Shown: positions 33,707 to 42,346 of the stretch, piece after piece | Position numbering within the stretch: the first letter of the stretch is position 1 | How the letters are laid out: each line of letters starts with the position of its first letter | Assembly (NCBI GenBank): GCA_047456315.1 | Contig: CP179889.1 | Coordinates: 256,776 to 320,775 of the forward strand | Source: Candidatus Nealsonbacteria bacterium | Lineage (GTDB): Bacteria; Patescibacteriota; Minisyncoccia; Minisyncoccales; JANBVM01 | Direction: 5' to 3' | Length of the DNA stretch: 64,000 nucleotides | Made by a program: the position numbers and the translations under genes | The notes under the pieces: generated by a model | What the model saw: only the letters and a program-made list of their open reading frames with translations | Told to the model about the DNA's origin: nothing | The model's database searches: none

Positions 33707-35365
33707 ATGATAGATTGTGGACAGAATAAATCTATGAAAGAAGAGAATAAAAAATATTATTTAATTTCTTTTGCAGTAATTTTAGGAATGCTTGTTGATT
33801 ACTTATTTTATGGAAAACCAATCGGCGTTTCTTCTTTTGTTTTTATTTTAGTTCTAATTATTTTTTCTTTAATTTTAACTAAAAAGTTTCAACAGAAATT
33901 ATTTAAAACTCAGTACCTTCTTTTAATTCCAGTCTTATTGTTTTCTGCAATGATTTTTTGTCGTTCCAGTTCATTTTTGACTTTTTTTAATATTCTTTTT
34001 TCTTTGTTTTTGATTTCCTTGTTTTTTACTTTATTTTCAGAAAAAAATCTTTTAGATTTTAACCTTTCAAAATATTTCATTTCTCCTTTTTCTCTTATTT
34101 TAAACTCCTTTAAAAAATCAGCCAGAGTTATTGATAAAATCATAAATCAAAATCAAGCTGTAAGAAAATTTGGCTCTCCGGAATTTAAAAGCGCAATTAG
34201 AGGAATAATTATTTCTATTCCAATTTTAGCTGTTTTTATCTGGCTTTTGTCTTCAGCAGATATTGTTTTTCAACAATATTTAGACAGATTATTAAAAATC
34301 AATATTGACATGGAAATAGTTTTAAGGATATTGATTGTTTTGGTATCCTCTTGTTTTTTTATTGGCGTTTTCGCCAAGGCTTTTTCTCTATTTAAAGACA
34401 AGTCTCTAACTGAGTTTGCCAATGATAAATCTGAAAATTCTTTAACCAAAAATAATCAAACTAAACTTCTGGATTCAATTGAGTCCTCTATGGTTTTAGG
34501 TTCAGTGGGATTATTGTTTTTAGTTTTCATTATTTTTCAATTTTTTTATTTATTTGGAGCAAAGGAATATGTTTGGGGAATTGAAGAATATATCACTTAT
34601 TCTGAGTATGCTAAAAAGGGATTTGGAGAACTTATTGCGGTTTCTATAATTTCCTTTCTTTTAATTTATGCTATTGATAAATTTGGTAAAAGAGAAAATT
34701 TGAGTCAAAAAAAACTTTCTAAGATTTTAAGCAGTGTTCTTGTTTTTGAAATTTTTGCGATAATGGCTTCAGCTTTTTCTCGGCTTTCTCTTTATATTGA
34801 CGGCTATGGTTATACTTTTTCTCGATTATTGGCTTTTGCTTTTTTAATTGGGCTTGGTTTTATCTTTTTAATTCTTCTATGTAAAATTCTTTTAGAAAAG
34901 AAAGAGGGTTTATTTTTGTATTCTGCGTTTTGGCTGACTATATTGTTTTTTGTGGGAATAAATATTTTAAACCCAGACGCTTTTATTGCTAAGGAAAATA
35001 TCCAAAAATATATCCAGAAAAACCAACAATGGAAAGGATTGGATATCCGCTATCTGACCAGATTGTCTGACGACGCTGTTCCTGAGATTGTAAAGATGTT
35101 TGATACAAATTTAGATGAAGAAAAGAAAGCAAAGATAGCTTTTGAATTAAGTGATAGATATAATCCTCCCTATAATAGTCCATGTTCTTGGATTGGTCCC
35201 AATCAATGTAAATGGATTTCTCTTCAAGAACAATTAGAAAAAATTAAAAAATCTCAAAAATGGCAGTTATTTAATTTATCAAAAAACAAAGCTCTGACAG
35301 CTTTAGGCGACTATCAAGAAGAAATTGAAGAATACGCGAAAGAATATATTAAAAAATATTATTAG
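33707..35365 (+). CDS. large polytopic membrane protein (DUF4153/DUF4173-like)
   Basis: 552 aa with more than 10 hydrophobic segments and a soluble C-terminal region. An alternative start at ATG 33734 (MKEENKKYY) carries the recurring AATAAATCTATGAAAGAA context. Confidence 0.6.
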   Translation: MIDCGQNKSMKEENKKYYLISFAVILGMLVDYLFYGKPIGVSSFVFILVLIIFSLILTKKFQQKLFKTQYLLLIPVLLFSAMIFCRSSSFLTFFNILFSLFLISLFFTLFSEKNLLDFNLSKYFISPFSLILNSFKKSARVIDKIINQNQAVRKFGSPEFKSAIRGIIISIPILAVFIWLLSSADIVFQQYLDRLLKINIDMEIVLRILIVLVSSCFFIGVFAKAFSLFKDKSLTEFANDKSENSLTKNNQTKLLDSIESSMVLGSVGLLFLVFIIFQFFYLFGAKEYVWGIEEYITYSEYAKKGFGELIAVSIISFLLIYAIDKFGKRENLSQKKLSKILSSVLVFEIFAIMASAFSRLSLYIDGYGYTFSRLLAFAFLIGLGFIFLILLCKILLEKKEGLFLYSAFWLTILFFVGINILNPDAFIAKENIQKYIQKNQQWKGLDIRYLTRLSDDAVPEIVKMFDTNLDEEKKAKIAFELSDRYNPPYNSPCSWIGPNQCKWISLQEQLEKIKKSQKWQLFNLSKNKALTALGDYQEEIEEYAKEYIKKYY

Positions 35366-35705
35366 AAATAAAAAAATCATTTCAACCTTAATTTTGACAA
35401 TAGTTTTATTTTGTTTGTCACTTTTCTATGTGAGAAATGAAGTATGTTGCATGTTTGTTGGCATCAGACATCGTGGATTCCCTTATCAAATAATATCAAT
35501 ATCTAAGGCAACTGAGGATTTTGAAGAAGCGAAAAAAGTTTATTCTCTTAATGACTTTGAGCTTTTGAGCCGAGGTTGGGAGTTAAAAATAGATTCCGGT
35601 TTTGATCCGCTTCTCTGGAGTATTTCTTTTAATTTTATATTTTATTTAGCCGTGAACAGAGGATTAATTTTTGTATTTGAACAAATAAAACGAAGCCATG
35701 ACTAG
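35325..35705 (+). CDS. hypothetical small membrane protein
   Basis: 126 aa. The start is uncertain because the track uses TTG inside the upstream gene. There are two hydrophobic segments. ATGA-type overlap with the mltG start. Confidence 0.4.
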   Translation: MKNTRKNILKNIIRNKKIISTLILTIVLFCLSLFYVRNEVCCMFVGIRHRGFPYQIISISKATEDFEEAKKVYSLNDFELLSRGWELKIDSGFDPLLWSISFNFIFYLAVNRGLIFVFEQIKRSHD

Positions 35706-36669
35706 AAATAAAAAAATCGGAATCACAGGCGGGATAATTCTGGCGATAGGGATTACTATTGGAGCATACCAATGTTTATTTTCAGCTCCGCAAAAAGAAT
35801 TGGAGATGGAGAGAATCGTTATAAATCTTGACACAACCGAAGAGGAACTTATTCCTAAGTTAAAAGAGCAAGGCTATATAAGAAGTGAATGGGCTTTCAA
35901 TTTTGTGTTAAAAGTGAAAGGTTGGCAGGGCAGAATTAAGCCGGGCGGATATAAGGTTTCAAAAAATATGGATGCTTGGATATTAGCTGAAATGCTGGTT
36001 AATTTTCGAGACCAGAATTGGATAGTAATACCTGAGGGACTGCGGAAGGAAGAAGTTGCCGACATATTACAAGAAGAACTTTACTGGAAAGAAGATACAA
36101 AAGAAAACTTCTTAAGTCATGCCGAAGAGGGATATTTATTTCCTGACACCTACTTACTTGATGTGCTAAATATTAGAGATGCAGGTAAGAAAGCGGCTGA
36201 TAGGATGAGAAATTATTTTAATGAAAAATGTCAAGAAATCTTTAAAGAATTTGAAGAAGCAAACATTAGGAACGATACTGCAGTCATCCTTGCTTCTATT
36301 ATCCAGAGAGAAGCGGTAAACGAAGAAGAGATGCCTTTAATCGCGGGAATCATTTGGAATAGATTACTTAAACCAATGCCCCTTCAGATAGATGCAACCA
36401 TCCAATATATTGTAGGAGAACCAGGTAATTGGTGGAGACCAGTAACGCCAGAGGAATATAAAATAGAATCAGCGTACAACACTTACTTACACGAAGGCAA
36501 ACCGCCAGCACCAATCTGCAATCCTGGATTAGCAGCAATTGAAGCAGTAATCCATGACCAGCCCAGCGATTACTTTTACTACCTGCACGATAGCGAAGGG
36601 CAAATTCATCCTGCTGAAACCTACGAAGAGCATTTGGAAAACATTAAAACATTTCTAAAAGATAAATAG
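35698..36669 (+). CDS. mltG: endolytic murein transglycosylase MltG (YceG-like)
   Basis: N-terminal TM segment, EGYLFPDTY, ASIIQREA and LQIDATIQY motifs. Confidence 0.88.
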   Translation: MTRNKKIGITGGIILAIGITIGAYQCLFSAPQKELEMERIVINLDTTEEELIPKLKEQGYIRSEWAFNFVLKVKGWQGRIKPGGYKVSKNMDAWILAEMLVNFRDQNWIVIPEGLRKEEVADILQEELYWKEDTKENFLSHAEEGYLFPDTYLLDVLNIRDAGKKAADRMRNYFNEKCQEIFKEFEEANIRNDTAVILASIIQREAVNEEEMPLIAGIIWNRLLKPMPLQIDATIQYIVGEPGNWWRPVTPEEYKIESAYNTYLHEGKPPAPICNPGLAAIEAVIHDQPSDYFYYLHDSEGQIHPAETYEEHLENIKTFLKDK

Positions 36670-36807
36670 ATTCAAGGTCAAGGTAAGATTAAAACAGAGA
36701 TATGGAGTAATTTACGATAAGCTAAGCTCGTAATAAGAAGTTGTTGTTTCGGGTTATCTGCTATGTTAAAATAAAAACGGAAGGTCAATAATATATAATA
36801 AAAAAAC

Positions 36808-38055
36808 ATGAAACGTGCTGCTCATGGTTGGATTGCCCTTCGCGCTTATAAGCTTATAGATGATATCAGCGTTAAGGGCAAAATAGGGAACATACATCAT
36901 ACTGATAAATTAGTAGAACTCCTTTCTTATTATCTCTCAAGCGCATGGGATGGAGCTTGGATTCCTGATAGCTTGATTTGTGATATGAAATATGGTCATA
37001 TTTTTAAACAGACTAATGACCCCAAGATTCTAGGCTCTAAAGCTAAAGATAAACGAAGCACGGTGCCCTATAAAGAGCTCAAGTCCAGGCTTAAGGGAAA
37101 ACGTCTTTGTTTAGAATATCTTAAAAACGAAGAAGTATTAAATAATCCCTTTTGGTCAAAAGAAGGGCATCTGCCCAGTCGCGTAATAGCTCTTACTCAT
37201 AGTATTAGCGATATGCTTAAACTTGGCGACTTTCCTTTATCCTTTTATCTTAGAGAGCAGAGAAAAAGAGCTTATGAAGGTGATTTATCTGCTACAGGTG
37301 TAAAGAGTCTCTCTTTGTCACCCACTTTTTCTGCCCGCCAAATTGCTGTTACTCTTTTTATGGTTTCTCACTATATTGCAGATGCTCATATGCCTTTGCA
37401 TTGTGATTACAGAGATTATACCAGGCCTAAAAGAGTAAGGCGTATTCCTCCTCGTCTTCATCCTTCTATAGAAGAAGAATGGGAAAAATCTTTTCCAAAA
37501 GAAAGAATAATAGAGATAGGCAAGTACTCTAAAAATTCAGTAGATGATATTGTTCTTAATCTCCCTAAAAATTCTATAATTAGAATAGACAAAGAAGAAA
37601 AATATAAGTTAAGCGCAAGCATTAATGGACTTAAGAAAAGCAGTGATGATGTATGGAAAGAAATGGTTAATATCTGCAGAGTATCTTATGCCCTTTCTCA
37701 GAGCTGGATTAACAAGGAAAACACGGAAAATAAAAAATTAGGATACAATGATGTAAAAGATCTGATTAAAAGAAAGGGGAAAGAAGAATTTGTGGACATT
37801 ACTAATCGAATTTTTCATGATAGTGTTGAATCAGTAGCGCGAATTTGGCTTTTAGTTTGGAAGAAATTTATTAAAACACCTAAAATTTTATACTTCGGAA
37901 ATAAAGATAAAAATCATATGGAAGTACATCTGCATACCTGCGCCTGGCTTGAATTAGTTAAGAATACTAATAAAGTGAAGTTTAGCAATCTTATTGACGC
38001 TCATAAAAAAGGATTTGATAACTGCGCTCATTGTCTCGGCGGTTCAAGAAGGTAG
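36808..38055 (+). CDS. zinc-dependent phospholipase C / S1-P1 nuclease-like hydrolase fused to an Ada-type Zn-binding tail
   Basis: N-terminal MKRAAHGWIA and SHYIADAHMPLHCD are metal-ligand-like motifs. The C-terminal HLHTCAWLELVKNTNKVKFSNLIDAHKKGFDNCAHC matches the Ada_Zn_binding pattern. Confidence 0.4.
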   Translation: MKRAAHGWIALRAYKLIDDISVKGKIGNIHHTDKLVELLSYYLSSAWDGAWIPDSLICDMKYGHIFKQTNDPKILGSKAKDKRSTVPYKELKSRLKGKRLCLEYLKNEEVLNNPFWSKEGHLPSRVIALTHSISDMLKLGDFPLSFYLREQRKRAYEGDLSATGVKSLSLSPTFSARQIAVTLFMVSHYIADAHMPLHCDYRDYTRPKRVRRIPPRLHPSIEEEWEKSFPKERIIEIGKYSKNSVDDIVLNLPKNSIIRIDKEEKYKLSASINGLKKSSDDVWKEMVNICRVSYALSQSWINKENTENKKLGYNDVKDLIKRKGKEEFVDITNRIFHDSVESVARIWLLVWKKFIKTPKILYFGNKDKNHMEVHLHTCAWLELVKNTNKVKFSNLIDAHKKGFDNCAHCLGGSRR

Positions 38056-38141
38056 TGTTAATTGCTTAATGATTAACAATGATGTTTATTAGTAATATCT
38101 TAAGAACGAAAGGTCGTTAATATTAAGAATGAGATTTAAAT

Positions 38142-38660
38142 ATGGAAAAATTACACCCTAAAGCGGTTTGGATATTTTTCTTTCAATTTCTTTCTACTTT
38201 TCTTTTTTTCGGATTTTTTATTGCTATCTTTCTCATTGTCCCTCTCCTGATGATGATTCAGAAAAAAATTGGTGAGGGAACAGTTGCTCTTCCTTGGGGA
38301 TGGTTAATCTTAGGACTTTTTCTTTATATCATTTTCTGTTATATTTGGGCCAAATTAACTTATCGTTTCTGGCGCTACCAATTAACTGAAGATGCAATCA
38401 AAATAGAAAAAGGAGTAATCTGGAAAAAATACATTTCCATTCCCTATGAAAGAATTCAAAATGTGGACATTTATAGAGGAATTTTAGCAAGACTTCTTGG
38501 ATTAAGTGATCTTCAAATTCAAACTGCTGGTTATTCCGGGGGTTATGGAAGATATGGAGGGGGAATCGAAGGTAAGCTTCCTGGTATTGATATTCAAACA
38601 GCAGAACAATTGAGAGAAGATTTAATTAAAAGAATTAAAGGGACAAAACAGGGATTATAG
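38142..38660 (+). CDS. membrane protein with bacterial PH domain (bPH_2 / YdbS-YdbT-like)
   Basis: Two N-terminal TM segments, then YRFWRYQLTEDAIKIEKGVIWKKYISIPYERIQNVDIYRGILARLLGLSDLQIQTAG. Confidence 0.7.
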   Translation: MEKLHPKAVWIFFFQFLSTFLFFGFFIAIFLIVPLLMMIQKKIGEGTVALPWGWLILGLFLYIIFCYIWAKLTYRFWRYQLTEDAIKIEKGVIWKKYISIPYERIQNVDIYRGILARLLGLSDLQIQTAGYSGGYGRYGGGIEGKLPGIDIQTAEQLREDLIKRIKGTKQGL

Positions 38661-38751
38661 AAGCAATCATTAACTTCTTTCCAAACAGGTTCTAATGTCG
38701 TTCGTTTTTGGAACCAAAACAAAATTATTTTTTCTCTGAATAAAATTAAAT

Positions 38752-38777
38752 GCAACTTTTTGGGATTTTCTGCGTTA
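38752..38777 (+). promoter_or_regulatory. ECF-type promoter (GCAAC-N16-CGTTA) upstream of the sigma gene
   Basis: GCAAC at 38752-38756, a 16-nt spacer, then CGTTA at 38773-38777. The same bipartite motif recurs at 39366-39391. Confidence 0.5.
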
Positions 38778-38815
38778 TACTTAAATAAAGGCGGAAAATC
38801 CTTTTATTTTTAGAT

Positions 38816-39364
38816 ATGAATTTAAAAAAAGAGAAGGAGCTGGTTAAAAAAGCCCAGAAAGATTCAGAGGTTTTTGGTAAACTTTACAATGAGCATTATT
38901 CCAGGATTTTTGGTTATGCCTTAAAAAGAACAGCCAATTTAGAGATTGCTCAGGATATAACTTCAGAAACATTTTTTAAGGCCTTAAAGAAACTCTGGCA
39001 ATTTCGTTGGAGAAACATTTCTTTTTCGGCCTGGCTTTATAGAATTGCCAATAATGAGATTGCCAATTATTTTAGGAAAAATAAATATAAAGTTTCTTTA
39101 GAGAAAATTCCGGAGCCAGTTGCTCTTTCAAATCCTTTTACTGAAATTATTGAAGCTGAGCAAGAATTAAAAAAGCATCAAGACTTTTTAATGCTTCAAG
39201 AAAAAATTTCCAAACTTCCCGTTAAATACCAGGAAGTAATAAGTTTAAGATTTTTTGAGAAAAAGAAAATTAAGGAAATAGCTGATATTTTAGGGAAAAA
39301 ACAAGGAACAATAAAATCTTTATTATCAAGAGGATTAGAAAAATTAAGAAAATTAATAAGTTAA
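38816..39364 (+). CDS. ECF-type RNA polymerase sigma factor
   Basis: 182 aa. Region 2 is FGYALKRTANLEIAQDITSETFFKA. Region 4 is LPVKYQEVISLRFFEKKKIKEIADILGKKQGTIKSLLSRGLEKLR. Confidence 0.85.
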   Translation: MNLKKEKELVKKAQKDSEVFGKLYNEHYSRIFGYALKRTANLEIAQDITSETFFKALKKLWQFRWRNISFSAWLYRIANNEIANYFRKNKYKVSLEKIPEPVALSNPFTEIIEAEQELKKHQDFLMLQEKISKLPVKYQEVISLRFFEKKKIKEIADILGKKQGTIKSLLSRGLEKLRKLIS

Positions 39365-39365
39365 C

Positions 39366-39391
39366 GCAACCTTTTTCGACCTAATACGTTA
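39366..39391 (+). promoter_or_regulatory. second ECF-type promoter (GCAAC-N16-CGTTA) upstream of the anti-sigma-like gene
   Basis: GCAAC at 39366-39370, a 16-nt spacer, then CGTTA at 39387-39391. Confidence 0.5.
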
Positions 39392-39433
39392 TGTTTATAG
39401 AGCGTTGTAAAATGCTTACAAAGGTCGAAAAGG
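39370..39433 (+). promoter_or_regulatory. nested inverted repeats enclosing the second ECF promoter -10 element
   Basis: The outer arms are CCTTTTTCGACC (39370-39381) and GGTCGAAAAGG (39423-39433). The inner hairpin is TTGTAA (39405-39410) / TTACAA (39416-39421). Confidence 0.4.
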
Positions 39434-39462
39434 ATAAAAATAATTATTAAGTATCTAGAATT

Positions 39463-40791
39463 ATGAAAAAGGAAGATTTAATTAAAAAACTAGAAAATAT
39501 AAAAACTCCAAATATTGAAATTCAAAGCCATAAGCAATGGCTTAAATTGGCTTTGCTTAATTCTGGATATTTTAAGGAGAAAACTATTATGTTTTACACA
39601 AAAAGATTAGTTCCTGCTGGCGTTGCCTTAGCTTTAATTTTAGTTGTAGGCTTTACAGTAATCCAGCCAAGACTGCAAATAGCTAGAGCTATGGAAATCG
39701 CCAAAAACGACCCTCAAATTAAAGAATTGATAGAGGAATACGGAGTGGAGATTAAAGAGGTAAAATTACAGGACGGCAAAGCTTATGTCCTACTCACTCT
39801 TCCAGGAGAGAACTTACCTCCTGAACTAGAAGAAAGAACTCTTGGTACTGAGGAAGATGCCGCTGTTAAGGGCGGAATGCGCGGACCCGGACAATTTTAC
39901 ATCTCTTACCTAGATCCTGCAACAGGCGAGATAACACAATCTTCTGGCTCTGTTGCTGAAATAGACCTTAAAGCAGCTGAAGTTACAAATTTAAAGCAAA
40001 TCGGAATTGTTGAACCTCTTGATGAAGGAGAATCAATAGGTAAATATACAGCTGAGCTAAAAAAGCTTGAAACAATAAAAATTGATATTACTCCCTTGAC
40101 TGAAGAAGAAGAAGCCAGAGCAATTGAGATTGCCAAAAGCGAGCCAAAGATTCAGGAAATGATTCCTGATTTAGAAGAGAGAGAAATAATCGTCAAGCCA
40201 TTGCCTCCTCTTAAACTTAAACTTCATATAGATGAAGATCTTGTTGACGGAGGATTGGAAATTAGTTCCGCTGACCTGAAAGAAGATAAAAGAGCCAATG
40301 TGATTTTCAAGTCCGATGAATATCAGGACATAATCACGGTTAATCTGACCACAGGCAAAGTGGAAGGAGCGGTCTCATACGGGACAGGGAGTAGAATTGA
40401 AAAACCCGAATTAGAGCGTCCTTACCCCATCAAGCCCAAGTATTATCTTGAACCGAGTGGAATTAAAACACTTCTGCCTAATGAAGGGTCGGTAAAAGCC
40501 TATGAAGTCTATGAAGGTTCTTTTGAACCAGCTAATCAAAAAGAGATATTTGCGGCAATACTAAAGGAAATCGGCGAGAAAGACGAAAGAATTAAAGACT
40601 TATTAAAAGATAATGATTATGAGATTCTTGAGGTTATCAGGTCAAAACTGATTACCACTAAAACTGAAACAGGTACAGAAACACGAGTAGAAACCGCTAC
40701 TGTGGTCTTAGAAAAAGAAAGCACAGGAGAAAATTACTGGATTACCATAGATTTGGGAAGTATGACAGTAAAATCAATAGAAATAGAGTAA
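39463..40791 (+). CDS. single-pass membrane protein, probable anti-sigma factor with repeated extracytoplasmic modules
   Basis: A short cytoplasmic N-terminus, then a TM segment (LVPAGVALALILVVGF). The exterior carries three similar modules: MEIAKNDPQIKELIEEYG, AIEIAKSEPKIQEMIPD and ILKEIGEKDERIKDLLKD. Confidence 0.55.
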   Translation: MKKEDLIKKLENIKTPNIEIQSHKQWLKLALLNSGYFKEKTIMFYTKRLVPAGVALALILVVGFTVIQPRLQIARAMEIAKNDPQIKELIEEYGVEIKEVKLQDGKAYVLLTLPGENLPPELEERTLGTEEDAAVKGGMRGPGQFYISYLDPATGEITQSSGSVAEIDLKAAEVTNLKQIGIVEPLDEGESIGKYTAELKKLETIKIDITPLTEEEEARAIEIAKSEPKIQEMIPDLEEREIIVKPLPPLKLKLHIDEDLVDGGLEISSADLKEDKRANVIFKSDEYQDIITVNLTTGKVEGAVSYGTGSRIEKPELERPYPIKPKYYLEPSGIKTLLPNEGSVKAYEVYEGSFEPANQKEIFAAILKEIGEKDERIKDLLKDNDYEILEVIRSKLITTKTETGTETRVETATVVLEKESTGENYWITIDLGSMTVKSIEIE

Positions 40792-40816
40792 AAGCTTTTG
40801 GTTATAAATCAGATTT

Positions 40817-40854
40817 CAAAACCGTCCCAGTTAAATTTGGGCGGTTTTTATTTT
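40817..40854 (+). terminator. intrinsic terminator
   Basis: AAAACCGTCCCA pairs with TGGGCGGTTTT (one bulge), followed by TATTTT. Confidence 0.6.
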
Positions 40855-40898
40855 AATCTCTTTTAAAGATTAAAAGATTGTTACGGAAAACAATTTAA

Positions 40899-41099
40899 TT
40901 GGCTCAATTACTGGAAACTTCTCCCAAAGCTAAGCTTTTTAATATTAAGGAAGCAATACTTAAACAGAAAAGTCCTTCTTGCGGTTGCGGTAAGACTTAT
41001 GACGGGACTTTCTCCGGTGCATTAATTAAGGGAGATGGAGTTACAACTGCTTTATTAAAGAGAAATGGAATAAAGGTAATCACTGAAGAAAATTTATAG
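40899..41099 (+). pseudogene. N-terminally truncated DUF523-like gene
   Basis: The 66 codons start at TTG. KQKSPSCGCGKTYDGTFSGALIKGDGVTTALLKRNGIKV matches only the C-terminal half of DUF523 proteins of about 150 aa. Confidence 0.45.
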
Positions 41100-41306
41100 T
41101 TTTAATATAGACTAAATTTATTGTGCTAAATTTTAAGTTTTTTTCTATTTTGACAAAATTAAAAACTTTGACTTAAACTTGATTTTTTTAGTAGAATTGT
41201 TAATGTTTAAAATCAGAAAAGATAGCTCTTTAATAATTAAATTATTGTTATCTTTTGAAATTCTGAATAAAATTAGAAAAAAATAGAAAGGAGGTAATGA
41301 AAAGAA

Positions 41307-42284
41307 ATGAAAATATTTGTAGATGAATTGATAAAAATTATAAGAAAAAAGGAAACTATTCTCTGCGTAGGTATTGATCCTCAGGTAAGATATATCCCCG
41401 AACACATCTTAAGACAAGGAGAAAAAGAAGCAACGAATCCATCAGACCCATTCGAAGTAACCTGTCGAGCCTTTGTTATCTTTTTTAGAGAGATTATTGA
41501 GGCTGTAGCTCCTTATGCTGCTGCTGTCAAACCAAACATAGCTTTCTTTGAAGCATATAAGTATTGGGGTATTAAGACATTTGAAGAAGTAGTAAAAATT
41601 TGTAGAAAAGAGAATCTTTTAGTAATAGAAGATGCCAAACGATGCGATGGTGGAGATACCGCAAAAGCATATGCCCAAGGACATTTAGGATTAGTGGAGG
41701 TATGGCATCCCAAGGAAAGCAAAGTAACAAAGATCAGATCTTTAGATGTTGATGCAATGACAGTTATGCCATGGATTGGAGAAGCCGGCATTAATCCTTT
41801 TATAGAGATGGTGAAAGAATATGGAAAAGGAATTTTCATTGTAAATAAGACATCTTTCAAACCAAACTCTGCAATAGAGCAATTAGTAACAAATAATGGG
41901 CTTAAGATCTGGGAAGAAACAGCTAAATTAATAAAGCAATGGAGTTATGGCTGTGAAGGAAAATTAGGCATAAACAATGTAGCTGTTGTAATGGGAGCTA
42001 CTTATCCTGAAGAAGCGGTTCGAATGAGAGAATTGCTACTTAACTATCTCTTTCTAATACCCGGGTATGGAGCACAAGGTGGCGGTGCTGATGGAGCAAT
42101 AAAAGGAATTAGAGGAGACGGATTGGGCGGGATAGTGAATTCTTCTCGAAGCATAGACTATGCTTATTTAAGACAATTTAAATGTGAGCCCGAAAATTTT
42201 GCTGAAGCAGCAGGAAAGGCAGCTGAATTTGCGAGAGACGAGCTAAATCAGTCTTTAAAGAAAGAGAAGAAAATTCCTTGGTGA
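41307..42284 (+). CDS. pyrF: orotidine 5'-phosphate decarboxylase, type 2
   Basis: ILCVGIDPQ, VKPNIAFFEA and IEDAKRCD motifs. Length is 325 aa. RBS AAAGGAGGT lies upstream. Confidence 0.85.
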   Translation: MKIFVDELIKIIRKKETILCVGIDPQVRYIPEHILRQGEKEATNPSDPFEVTCRAFVIFFREIIEAVAPYAAAVKPNIAFFEAYKYWGIKTFEEVVKICRKENLLVIEDAKRCDGGDTAKAYAQGHLGLVEVWHPKESKVTKIRSLDVDAMTVMPWIGEAGINPFIEMVKEYGKGIFIVNKTSFKPNSAIEQLVTNNGLKIWEETAKLIKQWSYGCEGKLGINNVAVVMGATYPEEAVRMRELLLNYLFLIPGYGAQGGGADGAIKGIRGDGLGGIVNSSRSIDYAYLRQFKCEPENFAEAAGKAAEFARDELNQSLKKEKKIPW

Positions 42285-42346
42285 GATATGGAAAGAATGG
42301 AAAAGTTAGAGGAATTATTCCTCTCTTTTTTTATATAAAATTATTT

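Noticed and set aside
41100-41306. Low-complexity AT-rich spacer with 86-aa minus-strand ORF 41145..41405
   Set aside because: The ORF overlaps the pyrF start and its RBS, and it consists of Phe/Ile/Asn/Lys runs typical of random AT-rich sequence. No repeat or RNA structure is evident.
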